A DNA stretch of 58,109 nucleotides from Candidatus Tectimicrobiota bacterium. GTDB taxonomy: Bacteria; JACPUC01. Where the stretch lies: positions 248,001 through 306,109 of the forward strand of contig JACPUC010000001.1 of assembly GCA_016192455.1 (NCBI GenBank), read 5' to 3'. Below, in pieces: positions 1-10,068 of this stretch. The translations under genes were made by a program, and so were the position numbers. The notes under the pieces were generated by a model. It saw only the letters and a program-made list of their open reading frames with translations, had not been told where the DNA came from and did not search any database. Every line of letters starts with the position of its first letter. Position 1 is the first letter of the stretch.

Positions 1-103
1 CCACGAGCTGAAAATCTTCGCCGCTGAGCTGGAAGTAGTTGGGGCGGTCCTCAAGCTGGAACTCAGAGTTTCCCTCCGGCAACTTCGGGACGTTGAGGAG
101 CAT
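1..103 (-). CDS. 5' end of a gene running off the window; possibly DUF177/YceD-like
   Basis: ATG at 103 opens MLLNVPKLPEGNSEFQLEDRPNYFQLSGEDFQLV with no stop before the edge; sigma70-like promoter upstream (316-288). Family is a guess from N-terminal resemblance only. Confidence 0.35.
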   Translation of the reverse strand, partial: MLLNVPKLPEGNSEFQLEDRPNYFQLSGEDFQLV

Positions 104-287
104 ACGCCGGAACCTTCGTCGTTCCCAAGCCCAATGGGAGTGCCGGTGATATGACCTCGGCGAAGGAAGGAAGCGGCAAACTCCTGGTACATCACCTCCA
201 TCCCCGCGCAGCCAACCCACCGGCCTGGCACACGCACGGCGCCGCATCTGCGATCGATGGTCATTCCCCTCACGTCAAACAGGTCGC

Positions 288-367
288 AGTATAGGGGCGG
301 TGTTCCGTGCTGTCAAGCAGGGCCGCGATTGCCGCGGCTTGACAGCACCCGGCTCGCCGCATAGGAT
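288..367. promoter_or_regulatory. Back-to-back divergent sigma70-type promoters
   Basis: Plus strand: TTGACA(339-344)-17-TAGGAT(362-367). Minus strand: TTGACA(316-311)-17-TATACT(293-288). The two -35 boxes lie in a 12-bp inverted repeat GTGCTGTCAAGC-N18-GCTTGACAGCAC. Confidence 0.7.
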
Positions 368-438
368 GCGCGCCACAGCAGGACGGTTCGCCGCATCCCA
401 CCGCGCCCGGGGTTTTGTGACCGTCAGCGCCGCGAGCC

Positions 439-1098
439 GTGCCCTCGCTGCGGGAGAGCGCCGTGCCACGCGCCCGTGAGCTTCGCTTGCAGGGCCCCGA
501 CTGCGAGCTCCTCCTCACTGAGTACGAGGCGGAGCCGCCGGACGGAGAGGGGAGCAGCGGCGTCCTCCTCTGCCCGCCGCATCCGGCCTTCGGGGGGACG
601 CGCGACGATGTGCGCCTGCGGGCGACGGCGGGTCGGCTCAGGGGCGTCGGCATCACGGCCTGGTGCCTCGACTACAGCGGCTACCACCGGGGCACCCGCG
701 AGGTGGCGGAGGTCGTCAGCGCGCTCGAGCAGCTCGCTCCCCGCGTCCGGCGGCTCGGCCTGATGGGCTACTCGTATGGCGCCGTGGTGGCCTCGCTGGC
801 CGCCTGTCGGACGTCGGCGCCACTCGCGGCCCTGGCGCTTCTCGCCCCGCCGCTCGCCGTCGATACTATGGTGACGGATAGTTCAGCACCCTGCCCGAAG
901 CTCTTCATCTGCGGCCTCGATGATACCATCGCCCCCGCCGAGGCGGTGCGGCAACTCTTCGCCAAGGCGGAGGGCGACAAAGAGTGCCGCTCCTTCGCGG
1001 ACGGCCATTTCTTTGAGATCACCGCCGCGGAGGTCGCCCAGGCCATCGCCTCCTTCTTCGTTCGCTACACGCAGCCGCGGCGGGGCACGGGCGCGTAA
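439..1098 (+). CDS. Alpha/beta hydrolase
   Basis: PHPAFGG N-terminal motif, GYSYG nucleophile elbow, downstream D (DDTIA) and H (GHFF). Confidence 0.85.
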   Translation: MPSLRESAVPRARELRLQGPDCELLLTEYEAEPPDGEGSSGVLLCPPHPAFGGTRDDVRLRATAGRLRGVGITAWCLDYSGYHRGTREVAEVVSALEQLAPRVRRLGLMGYSYGAVVASLAACRTSAPLAALALLAPPLAVDTMVTDSSAPCPKLFICGLDDTIAPAEAVRQLFAKAEGDKECRSFADGHFFEITAAEVAQAIASFFVRYTQPRRGTGA

Positions 1099-1196
1099 GC
1101 CTGCCGCTGCGGCGGTCCGGCGGGGCGTGGGGGTGCAGGCTGCGCGGCGACGTTCCTAGGCGCCCCATCGGCAACTCACCTGCACAGGAGGAAGGG

Positions 1197-2216
1197 ATGG
1201 AGGCCGCAGCCGTAGGCATTGCAGCGATCGGCGTAGGGTACTGGTCCAACGTCCTGGCGGGGGCCCTCGTGAAGAGCCCGAAGCTGGCCCTGCGCACCTG
1301 CTTCACGCGCGACGCCGCCAAGCGCCAGAGCTTTGCCGAGAAGTTCTCCTGCGACCAGGAAGAGAGCTACGCCGCGGTGCTGGGGCGCCGGGATGTCGAG
1401 GCGGTGCTCCTCACCACCCCTGATGACACCCACGCCGACCTCGCCATCGAAGCGGCCGGGGCCGGCAAGCACGTCATCGTGGAGAAGCCGATGGCTCATA
1501 CCCTGGCGTCGGGCCGGGCGATGGTGGAGGCCTGCGCCCGGGCGCGCGTGACCCTGGCGGTGGCGCACGGCCATCGCCACTCGCAGGCGATGCGCCGCCT
1601 GAAGCAGATGCTCGAGTCGGGCGAGCTCGGCACGCCGGTCACCGCCATCGCCAAGTTCACGGCCCCCGGCGGCCAGGACCTGACGCCGCGGCGCTGGCGC
1701 TACTACCGCGCCGCCTGCCCGGCCGGCCCCCTGCAGCCGCTCGGCGTGCACCTCGTCGATAACTTGAACTTCCTCTTCGGCGTCCCCCAGCGCGTCATGG
1801 CGGCCTTCGGCAAGCCTGTCGGCCGAGCCGAGATCGATGACGTCGCGCACGTGACCATCATCTACCCCGGCAACGTCGTCGCCACGCTGGTCAACTCCTT
1901 CATCAGCCCGCGCACCTACGGGCTGCACGTCTACGGCACCAAGGCGAACGCCCTCTTCACCTGCGAGACCATCCTCGAGAACTTCGACGAGACGACCCGC
2001 TTCCGAGTGCAGACGATGCAGGATGCGGACGCCCGGCCGGTGGAGCTGCCGAAGGGGAACATCCTCTTGAGCGAGCTGGAGGACTTTGCGGACGCCGTTC
2101 GCCAGGGGCGCCCCGCCGCCTGCGGCGGCGAGGAGGGGCTGCGCACCGTGGCGGTGCTGGGGGCGGCGGCGCGCTCCGCCGCGGCGGGCGCCTGGGTGAA
2201 CGTTGCCGACCTCTAG
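1197..2216 (+). CDS. Gfo/Idh/MocA family oxidoreductase
   Basis: GVGYW Rossmann start, TP..TH, GKHVIVEKPM motif. Confidence 0.92.
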   Translation: MEAAAVGIAAIGVGYWSNVLAGALVKSPKLALRTCFTRDAAKRQSFAEKFSCDQEESYAAVLGRRDVEAVLLTTPDDTHADLAIEAAGAGKHVIVEKPMAHTLASGRAMVEACARARVTLAVAHGHRHSQAMRRLKQMLESGELGTPVTAIAKFTAPGGQDLTPRRWRYYRAACPAGPLQPLGVHLVDNLNFLFGVPQRVMAAFGKPVGRAEIDDVAHVTIIYPGNVVATLVNSFISPRTYGLHVYGTKANALFTCETILENFDETTRFRVQTMQDADARPVELPKGNILLSELEDFADAVRQGRPAACGGEEGLRTVAVLGAAARSAAAGAWVNVADL

Positions 2217-2317
2217 CGGTGCGTTGCAGACGTTCGCAGTAAGAATCGACGGAATGCAGGCGGCATTGAGATGAGGGTAGTTGGGGGGATCGTTGCTCCC
2301 CCCCGGCATCACTCGTT

Positions 2318-2353
2318 CCCTCTCCTATTGGGAGAGTGGCAAGGGGTGAGGGG
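2318..2353. repeat. Short palindromic repeat (CCCTCTCC..GGGAGAG..GGGGTGAGGG type, family D)
   Basis: Related reversed copy at 57396-57429 and a partial copy at about 41287-41298. Confidence 0.5.
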
Positions 2354-2795
2354 TGTGCGCGGAGGCGAGGCTCCTTCGCTTCACCATTGCCGTTGCTTGG
2401 CAGCGAGCTGACTTCTCGTCAAGAAATGGCGCCTCTCACGGGATCGCCCTGCCGCTCCACCCTCCCCCTCGGCCCATCCCTCTCGACCTGGCGCGGTGTC
2501 GCGCGCTTGATCTTGTCGATCCCGTTTGGCATAGTGGCTGACACCCCAGGTGGGAACGAGCGCCAAAGCCGGCCGCGCGGTCTTGCCGCCGCGACGGGCC
2601 TGGAGAGCGGCGCGCGCCCTTTACCTCGGCGCGCGACTGAGGAGCGAGATCAAGAGGCTGGCGCGTTGCGGCGGACCATACCGGGGATGCCTGAGGCTGC
2701 TTCAACCGTCAACGTCTCCGCAAACTGTCCCAGGTTCTGCGGGGTTGCACCGCGCGGGCCTGGAGCCAAATAAGCGGCATGAGGAGGGAGCGAGG

Positions 2796-3494
2796 GTGGC
2801 TCTAACGCCCCGGGAGTTTTACGACAAGCTCTGCGGCGAGCGCGACGCGATGTGGCAGCGCATCATGGGGAGCCGCGTCACGGACAAGAGCGCCGCCTCG
2901 AAGTCAATCGAGGCGGTTCTCTTTGAAGTCTGCCGCATCTGCTACGCCGAGCTGCGCCAGGCCGAGGGGGTGGCGAACTGGATCACCACGACGCCGGAGT
3001 TCGAGATGAAGCTCGCCTTCCTGCGCCAGGTGGGGGATGAGATCAAGCACTACCAGGCCGAGGCGGCGCTGCTGCGCGAGTTCGGCATCGACATCCGCGA
3101 GTACCAGACGGTGCCGGAGTGGGTGGACTACTTCAACTGGCTGCAAATCCTCCCCAGCACGGTGGAGCGGGTGGCGACGCACCTGGTGCAGGAGCATTTC
3201 GGGGGGGACGGCCAGATGCGGCTGAGCCAGATGAGGAACCCCGCCTATGCGCGCATCATGGAGGTCTTCCGCGACGTCGTCGTGCCGGATGAGAAGTTTC
3301 ACATGACCCTCGGGCCGAAGGCGATCCTGCAGTACGCCACCGATGAACGCACCCAGGAAATGGCCTACGCCGCCTTCCAGGAGGGGATGCGTCGCGCCAT
3401 CCGCACCGAGCTGCGGTTCAAGGAGCGCAAGGAGGCCCTGGCGCGGGCCGGCTGGCCGGAGGGCTGGTGGCGGCTGGTGGGGGAGGTCGAGTGA
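2796..3494 (+). CDS. Ferritin-like domain protein
   Basis: GTG after GAGGAG; E...DEIKH...E...DEKFH di-iron ligand pattern. Confidence 0.75.
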   Translation: MALTPREFYDKLCGERDAMWQRIMGSRVTDKSAASKSIEAVLFEVCRICYAELRQAEGVANWITTTPEFEMKLAFLRQVGDEIKHYQAEAALLREFGIDIREYQTVPEWVDYFNWLQILPSTVERVATHLVQEHFGGDGQMRLSQMRNPAYARIMEVFRDVVVPDEKFHMTLGPKAILQYATDERTQEMAYAAFQEGMRRAIRTELRFKERKEALARAGWPEGWWRLVGEVE

Positions 3495-3580
3495 GGGCAA
3501 ACGGTGGGGGGGTGAGGGTTCGCCGCGCCTGCGAGCGTCCGTCGTTCGGCATGTCGGCTGACACCGGCGAGGAGAAACCA

Positions 3581-4570
3581 ATGCATAAGGGGATGCGGCG
3601 CCAGGTCGGATGCGCGCGCCTGAGCTGGATGCTGGGGCTGGCGAGCGCGCTGCTGCTGGCGGCCTCGGCCACGGCGGCGGCGCAGGTTGAAACGGTCACC
3701 TTCACGAGCACCGCGGACGGCATGTCCGGGCTCGTCAGCCGCGTCATCGCGCAGCAGAAGCTCGACGCCAAGAACGGCCTACACGTCGACGCGAAGTCGT
3801 TCTCGCCGGATAAGGCGACGAGCACCCTGGTGATGAAGCAGATGGAGACGGGCTTCATCAGCCCCATGGCGCTGGCCCGCGTCAACCTGCGCGGCAACCA
3901 GTTGCGCATCTTCGGGCCGCAGCTCTGGAACCACATCTCCATCGTCGTCCAGCCGGACGCGGGCATCTCCACCCTTGGCGGCTTGCAGGGGAAGAAGCTG
4001 GCCATCCTGCCGCGGGTGAGCGGCGCCTACAACACCTGGGCGCTGGTCAACCAGATGCGCGGCATCGACGTGGAGACGTCCTACCAGATGATCTTCGGTC
4101 CCCCGCCGGTGATCCTCGGCCTGTTCTACAAGAAGGAGGTGCAGGCGGCGGCAATCTTCGAGCCCCTGACCACCGGCCTGCTGGCCGCCAAGAAAGGCGT
4201 CGAGATTCTCCGCGTCAAGGACCTCTGGCGCGAGCTGACCGGCGAACCGATGATGCTCACCGGCCTCGCTGCCTACCAGGATTGGCTCGACGCCAACCCG
4301 AGCAAGGCGCGCAAACTCGCCGCCACCTATCTCGACGCGCATCGCTACATCGTGGCGCATGCCGCCGCGGTCATCGAGGCGAATCGCGACTACCTGAAGG
4401 TGACGAGCGAGGCGCACGCCAAGCTCCTGGCCGAGCGCCTCCCCGAGGTGCTGCCGGTGCGCTGGGACGACAAGCTCATCGCCAACGCCGAGCTCATCAC
4501 GAGCAAGGCCGCGGAGTTCGGCCTGATCAAAGGGGTGCCGCCGGGGAAGCTCTTCCTGAAGTTCGAGTAA
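3581..4570 (+). CDS. ABC transporter substrate-binding protein (NitT/TauT/SsuA-like)
   Basis: Signal peptide, L.GKKLAIL motif, FEP motif; paralog of the next gene. Confidence 0.85.
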   Translation: MHKGMRRQVGCARLSWMLGLASALLLAASATAAAQVETVTFTSTADGMSGLVSRVIAQQKLDAKNGLHVDAKSFSPDKATSTLVMKQMETGFISPMALARVNLRGNQLRIFGPQLWNHISIVVQPDAGISTLGGLQGKKLAILPRVSGAYNTWALVNQMRGIDVETSYQMIFGPPPVILGLFYKKEVQAAAIFEPLTTGLLAAKKGVEILRVKDLWRELTGEPMMLTGLAAYQDWLDANPSKARKLAATYLDAHRYIVAHAAAVIEANRDYLKVTSEAHAKLLAERLPEVLPVRWDDKLIANAELITSKAAEFGLIKGVPPGKLFLKFE

Positions 4571-4713
4571 CGGTCGGTCTTCACGAAGCACGGCTGCCGC
4601 CAGGCGCTGCCCGCAGGGGAGGAGGCCGGTGCGCGGCGGGGCAGGGGAGGAGCGTTCCACCACCACAACGCCGTGGGGCTCCCGACCGACAGACAGAAAG
4701 GGGGGGGAAGACG

Positions 4714-5682
4714 ATGCTTAGACAGCGGACGTGGAGGATTGCGGCAGGCGTCCTGGCGCTGCTCCTTCTCCCCGGCTGGGGAGGAGCCGCGGCGCAGGTG
4801 GAGAGCGTCCTGATGGGGACGACGATCGGCGGCGCGGCCGGCTTCATCACCAACATCATCAAGCAGCACAACCTGGATGCGAAGAACGGCCTCAACCTCG
4901 ACCTGAAAGCCTTCTCGCCCGACAAGCTGCAGAACGTCCTCATCGCCCGTCAGATCGAGGTCGGGCTCATCAACCCGATCGCCCTGGTGCGCGTCAACCT
5001 GCGCGGCAACAAGATGCGCCTCTTCGGCCCGCTGCTCTGGAACCATACCTCCCTCGTCGTGCAGCCGGACTCGAAGGTCGCCGCCTTTGCCGACCTGAAG
5101 GGGAAGAAGGTGGCGATCCTGCCGCGCGTCAGCGGCGGCTTCAACACCTGGGCGTTGGCGAACCGCATGCGCGGTCTCGACCCCGAGAAGCCCTACCAGA
5201 TGATCTTCGGTCCGCCGCCGGTCATCCTCGGCCTCTTCCACAAGAAAGAGGTGGAGGTCGTCGCCTCCTTCGAGCCGTACACCACGGCGCTGCTGGCCGA
5301 CAAGGCAGGCCGGGAGATCACCACCATCAGTGAGCTGTGGCGCGAAAGCACCGGCGAGCCGATGCTGCTCATCGGCCTCGGCGCCTACCAGGAGTGGCTC
5401 GACACCCATCAACGCCAGGCCAAGAAGACCGTGGCGACGCTGGGCGACGCCGTTGCTACCTTCTTCGCCAATCCGCGCCGGGCAATCGAGGCCAATCTCG
5501 ACTACTTCAAGGCCAAGACGAAAGCCCATGCCGATCTCCTCGAGCAGCGCCTGCCGAAGATCTACACCAATCGCTGGGACGGCGAGATCGTGGCGAACCT
5601 GCGCCTCATCGTGCAGAAGTCGGTGGAGTTCGGCATTCTGGAGCGCGCGCCCGAGGGCGAGCAATTCCTGCAATTGAAGTAA
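4714..5682 (+). CDS. ABC transporter substrate-binding protein (tandem paralog)
   Basis: Signal peptide, DLKGKKVA; shares long blocks with 3581-4570 (LDAKNGL, FSPDK, RVNLRGN, YQMIFGPPPVILGLF). Confidence 0.85.
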   Translation: MLRQRTWRIAAGVLALLLLPGWGGAAAQVESVLMGTTIGGAAGFITNIIKQHNLDAKNGLNLDLKAFSPDKLQNVLIARQIEVGLINPIALVRVNLRGNKMRLFGPLLWNHTSLVVQPDSKVAAFADLKGKKVAILPRVSGGFNTWALANRMRGLDPEKPYQMIFGPPPVILGLFHKKEVEVVASFEPYTTALLADKAGREITTISELWRESTGEPMLLIGLGAYQEWLDTHQRQAKKTVATLGDAVATFFANPRRAIEANLDYFKAKTKAHADLLEQRLPKIYTNRWDGEIVANLRLIVQKSVEFGILERAPEGEQFLQLK

Positions 5683-5727
5683 CGCGGGGCATCCTTCCCC
5701 ATGCCGCGGCCGCGGGGGGTGGGTGGC

Positions 5728-5755
5728 GTAGGGGCGGTTCGCGAACCGCCCCTAC
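5728..5755. repeat. GTAG-type REP palindrome
   Basis: Perfect 28-bp palindrome GTAGGGGCGGTTCG/CGAACCGCCCCTAC; other copies at 10809, 12037 and 22321. Confidence 0.85.
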
Positions 5756-5832
5756 AACCGTCTGCTCCGGTCGCCGTTCGCGGTTCCCGCCACCCTCACC
5801 ATGGCGCCGCGCGCCACCGTTGAGGTGTTTCG

Positions 5833-6861
5833 ATGACCCAGCACGATCTTCCCGCGCTCCCCACCAGCGTCGTCGGCAGCCACGCGCTGCCGGGCTGGTT
5901 GTGGCTGGCGCGGGAGGCCATGGACGCCGGGCGCCTGGGCGAGACCGACCTCGCCGAGGTGCAGCGCGACGCCACCCGCCTCGCCATCGACGACATGACG
6001 GACGCTGGCATCGACATCATCAGCGACGGCGAGATGGGGCGCGTGAACTTCCTCTACGGCTTCTACCAGCACCTCACGAACCTCGAGGTGCTGGAGCCGC
6101 GGCGCAAGCTCGGACGGCCGTTCTTCGACACTGTCCCCCCGTTCCGCGTGGTCGGCAAGATCGCGGCCCCCCGCGGGCTGGGAACCGTGCAGCCGTTCCG
6201 CCTGGCGCGCGCCATGAGCGCCAAGCCGATGAAAGCCACCTGTCCCGGCCCGGCCACCCTCATCATCCCCCTGCGCGGGCATGGCGGCTACAGCTCGCCA
6301 GCGGGCGTCTACGAAGACCTCGCCGCAATCGTCAACGCCGAGTGCAGGGCCCTCGTCGAGGCGGGCGCCGAGTTCATCCAGCTCGACGAGCCGAACTACG
6401 CCCAGCATCCCAGCGGCGACATCGAGTATTTTGTCGAGCTCTTCAACCACGCCGTAGAAGGCGTCGCGGCGAAGATCGCCATCCACATCTGCTTCGGCAA
6501 CCTCTTCGGCCGCCCCTGGAGCGGCGGCCGCAGCTACCGGCCCATGTTCCCGGCGCTGCTAAAGGTGAAGGCGCAGCAGATCGTCCTCGAGTTCGGCAGC
6601 CGCGAGCTGGCCGAGCTGGAGCTGTGGAAGGAGTACAAGACCGACGCCTTCGAGCTCGGCTTCGGCTGCATCGACGTGAAAGCCTTCCGGCCGGAGAGCC
6701 CCGAGCTGGTGGCGGCGCGCATCCGGCGGGCGCTCACGGTCTGCCCGCGGCAGCGGCTCTTCATCAACCCCGACTGCGGCCTCTGGGAGACGCCCCGCGG
6801 CATCGCCGTGCAGAAGCTCAAGGCCATGGTCGAGGGGACGAAGATGGTGCGGCGGGGGTAG
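5833..6861 (+). CDS. Cobalamin-independent methionine synthase II family protein (single-barrel MetE-like)
   Basis: VVGS, SDGE, IQLDEP, Zn ligands HICFGN and NPDCG. Confidence 0.9.
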   Translation: MTQHDLPALPTSVVGSHALPGWLWLAREAMDAGRLGETDLAEVQRDATRLAIDDMTDAGIDIISDGEMGRVNFLYGFYQHLTNLEVLEPRRKLGRPFFDTVPPFRVVGKIAAPRGLGTVQPFRLARAMSAKPMKATCPGPATLIIPLRGHGGYSSPAGVYEDLAAIVNAECRALVEAGAEFIQLDEPNYAQHPSGDIEYFVELFNHAVEGVAAKIAIHICFGNLFGRPWSGGRSYRPMFPALLKVKAQQIVLEFGSRELAELELWKEYKTDAFELGFGCIDVKAFRPESPELVAARIRRALTVCPRQRLFINPDCGLWETPRGIAVQKLKAMVEGTKMVRRG

Positions 6862-7074
6862 AGGAGGCAGCTCCGGCACGCCGGCGCGAGGGAATGTGCT
6901 GAAGCGGCAATTCAGGGCGCGCGAGTTCCGGCACGCTTTCCTGCGGTCTTTTCGTGCGGGTGGTCTCGTCCGGCCGGGGCCGGGGCGGAAAGCGGCGGCG
7001 CTCCTCGCAAATCGCCGGGTGGCGACGGGGGGGTTGGCAACGCCCGCGGATGTTCGCCTCGCCCTTGCGGCCTT

Positions 7075-9408
7075 CTATACCCGCTCGCCGCTCCCTGCCC
7101 GCATGAGGCGGATCAGGCGCTCCGGAGTCAGGGGCAGCCGGGTGATCTTGACGCCGAAGGGGCGCAGGGCGTCCTCCACGGCCGCGGCGATGGCGGCCGG
7201 CGCCGCCACCACGCCGCTCTCGCCGACCCCCTTGATGCCCTGGGGGTTGCGGGTCGAGAGCGTCTCCAGGTGCTCGATCTCGATGGCGGGGAGGTCGGTG
7301 GCAAGCGGCAGGAGGTAGTCCATCAACGAGCAGGTGAGCGGCTGACCCTGGCGGTCGTACTGCATGTCCTCGAAGAGGGCGCTTCCCACGCCGTGGGCCA
7401 CGCCGCCGATCACCTGGCCCTCGACGATGAGCGGGTTGATCATGCGGCCGCAGTCCTCGGCCACGAGGAAGCGGCGCAGGCGCACCTCGCCGGTGGCGGG
7501 ATCGACCTCGACCACAGCCACCTGCGCGCCGCTTGAGTAGGTGGCGGCGCTGGGGTAGAAGTACTCCGTTGCTTCGAGCCCCGGCGTGCCGAGGGTGGCG
7601 TAGCCCCGCGAGCCGCCGCTCACCGCGTTCGCCAGCTCTCCCAGCCGCAGCGCCCGGTCCGGCGCGCCGCGCACGCAGATCACCCCATCGCGCAGCTCCA
7701 GGTCCTCGGCGGCGGCCTCGAGGCTGGCGGCGGCGAGGCTGAAGAGCTTGGCGCGCACGGCGCGCGCCGCTTGCGCGGCGGCGTTGGCCGCAACCACCGC
7801 CGTGCGGCTGGCGAAGGTCCCCACCCCGAAGGGGATGGCGTCGCTCTCTCCCACCACCACCTCGACCGACTCCGGATCAACGCCGAGCTCCTGCGCGCAG
7901 ACCTGGGCGAGCGTCGTCACGTGCCCCTGCCCCTGACTGCTTGAGCCGCAGAAGAGGGCAATGCGCCCGGCGCTGTCGATGCGCACCGTGGCGCCTTCGA
8001 ACGGCCCGATCCCCGACGTCTCCACGAAACACGCCAGACCGATGCCGAGGTGGCGCCCGGCCCGCCGCTGCTCCTCCTGGTCGCGCCGCAGCGCCGCATA
8101 GTCCACCTTGTCGAGGGCCGCGCGCAGGCAGGCGGGGTAATCGCCGCTGTCGTAGGTCACCGGCACGCCGTTGTGGACGATGCCGGTGGCATACGGAAAT
8201 TGATCCGGCCGCACGAGGTTCCTGAAGCGCATCTCGACGGGGTCGATCCCCAGCTCCGCCGCGGCGCGGTCGAGGAGGCGCTCGATGACGAAGGTGGCCT
8301 GCGGCTGCCCAGCGCCGCGCACCGGGGTCGTCGGCACCTTGTTCGTGTAGACGAGCGAGAAGCCCACCTCGAGGCTGGGCACCCGATACACCGAAGTGAG
8401 CGAGGAGAGCGTCACGAGGGAGACCACCATGCCCCAGGGCACGTAGGCGCCGGCATCGGCCAGGAAGTGATCCCGCAGGGCCAGGATGTTCCCCGCGGCG
8501 TCCACCGCCAGGGCGGCGTCGTGCATCTGCGTGTGCTCGTGCGTGGCGCACATGCTGTGCTCGAGGCGGTCCTCCAGCCAGCGCACCGGCCTCCCCAGCT
8601 TCATCGCGGCGTAGGGGACGAGGAAATCCTCGGGGTAGAACGGCGCCTTCGGGCCGAAGGCCCCGCCGACATCCGGCGCGGCGGTATGGATGCGGTGCTC
8701 CGGCAGCTCCAGCAGCATGGCGAGGAAGCGACGGAGCTGGTGCGGCGCCTGCGTCGAGCTCCACACCCGCAGGTGGCCGCTGGCCGCATCGTAGTCGGCG
8801 ACGCCGCCGCGCCCCTCGATGCTCTGCCCGGTGCCGCGGGTGAACGTGAAGCGGTCCTCGACCACCGCCGCGGCGCGCGCAAACGCAGCCGCGCACTCCC
8901 CCGCCTCGCGCGTCACGCGCGCCGCAAGGTTCCCCGGGGCCTCGGCATGGATGGCGGGGGCCGCAGGAGCAAGCCCCGCCTCCAGATCGACGACCGCGGG
9001 CAGGGGCTCGTACTCCACCGTCACCTGCTCCGCCGCGTCCTGCGCCAGGTACGGGTCCGCCGCCACGACGAAGGCGAGCGGCTCGCCGACGTAGCGCACC
9101 CGCTCGCCCGCCAAAAGCGGCGGCGTGCAGGAGCGCAACTGGGGATGCGGCAGGGGCTGCGGGATGACGCGGCGGGGGACCTCGAGGTCAGGCGCGGTAT
9201 ACACCGCCAGCACACCCGGCAGGCGGGCGGCGGCCGCCACTTGGCAGGCAAGGATCTTGGCGTGTGCGTGGCGGCTGCGCACCACGGCGCCATAGGCCAT
9301 CCCCGGCAGGCGGAGGTCGCCCACGTAGCGCCCGCCGCCCGCCAGCAGCCGCGGGTCCTCCTTGCGCTTCAGCCTGGCGCCGATGACTCCCGAGGTCGTG
9401 CTGCTCAT
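7075..9408 (-). CDS. Xanthine dehydrogenase family molybdopterin-binding subunit (CoxL/CutL-like)
   Basis: EDPRLL.G.G.Y, DVGGAFGPK, RGAG.P, GQGH.T, INPLIVEGQ..GG, KGVGE; start MSSTTSGVIG at 9408. Confidence 0.93.
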   Translation of the reverse strand: MSSTTSGVIGARLKRKEDPRLLAGGGRYVGDLRLPGMAYGAVVRSRHAHAKILACQVAAAARLPGVLAVYTAPDLEVPRRVIPQPLPHPQLRSCTPPLLAGERVRYVGEPLAFVVAADPYLAQDAAEQVTVEYEPLPAVVDLEAGLAPAAPAIHAEAPGNLAARVTREAGECAAAFARAAAVVEDRFTFTRGTGQSIEGRGGVADYDAASGHLRVWSSTQAPHQLRRFLAMLLELPEHRIHTAAPDVGGAFGPKAPFYPEDFLVPYAAMKLGRPVRWLEDRLEHSMCATHEHTQMHDAALAVDAAGNILALRDHFLADAGAYVPWGMVVSLVTLSSLTSVYRVPSLEVGFSLVYTNKVPTTPVRGAGQPQATFVIERLLDRAAAELGIDPVEMRFRNLVRPDQFPYATGIVHNGVPVTYDSGDYPACLRAALDKVDYAALRRDQEEQRRAGRHLGIGLACFVETSGIGPFEGATVRIDSAGRIALFCGSSSQGQGHVTTLAQVCAQELGVDPESVEVVVGESDAIPFGVGTFASRTAVVAANAAAQAARAVRAKLFSLAAASLEAAAEDLELRDGVICVRGAPDRALRLGELANAVSGGSRGYATLGTPGLEATEYFYPSAATYSSGAQVAVVEVDPATGEVRLRRFLVAEDCGRMINPLIVEGQVIGGVAHGVGSALFEDMQYDRQGQPLTCSLMDYLLPLATDLPAIEIEHLETLSTRNPQGIKGVGESGVVAAPAAIAAAVEDALRPFGVKITRLPLTPERLIRLMRAGSGERV

Positions 9409-9446
9409 GGCTCGATCCTCACTGCCATGGCGCCCGAGGCGCCGCG
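9370..9446 (+). repeat. 77-bp perfect direct repeat, copy 1
   Basis: Identical to 10649-10725; contains the start codon of the Mo-subunit gene. Confidence 0.95.
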
Positions 9447-9563
9447 AAGCTCGGCAACTTCGTTGACTCCAAGATCGCCCTGCGCAAGCGTGACCGCAGC
9501 GAGCTGGACGCGCCCCCGCCGAGGCCCACCAAGAAACAATCCAAGGCGGTGTAAGGAGCGGCC

Positions 9564-9938
9564 ATGTGGTCAACCCTGCTGAGTCTACTGGTGGGTTCGG
9601 CGCGGAAGACGGCATCGGATGGGCTAATGACGCACTTCGCGGAGAAGGCCAAGCGGCGGAAAGAAGCGGGACTTGAGCGATTTCACCTCAAGGAGGAACT
9701 GCGTGCGCACTAGCTGGAGAAGCTGAAGGAATTTGAGGCGATGGACGGCGCTCGCTTGGTTAAGCATGTCAAGGCTCGCCGCGGTTTCGGGGTGCGCGGT
9801 GAGGCGCGAGTACGTCTCTGTCCGCATCCCCACAAGGGACAAGGGCTGGGCTTGGCTCACGAAGGACACGCCAGCGCCGTTCGACGGCGTGCTAATCACT
9901 TAGGAGGACGCGAGGCGGGCGGAAGAGGGGATGGGTGA
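9564..9938 (+). pseudogene. Hypothetical protein gene with in-frame TAG at 9711
   Basis: AAGGAG RBS, ATG 9564, MWSTLLSLLVG...EELRAH*LEKLKEFEAMDG..., same frame as ORF 9741-9938. Confidence 0.45.
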
Positions 9939-10068
9939 AAGGCTTAACCCGTAATCAGCTCGGCCGCTCGCGCTTCGATCCCGCCTCGGCGCGCCGCATC
10001 CATTTCCTTCCTCTTATCCCTCGGGGGCGTTGCCATGCTAGCTCCTCCCACTGGTCCCCGAGGAGCAG

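Noticed and set aside
2520-2790. Riboswitch or sigma54 promoter upstream of the ferritin-like gene
   Set aside because: No recognisable aptamer consensus; GG/GC spacing does not fit -24/-12.
7075-9408. True aerobic CO dehydrogenase working with the CoxD/CoxE-like genes
   Set aside because: The active-site loop reads PVRGAGQP, not AYxCSFR; no coxM/coxS; the MoxR/vWA pair is 35 kb away.
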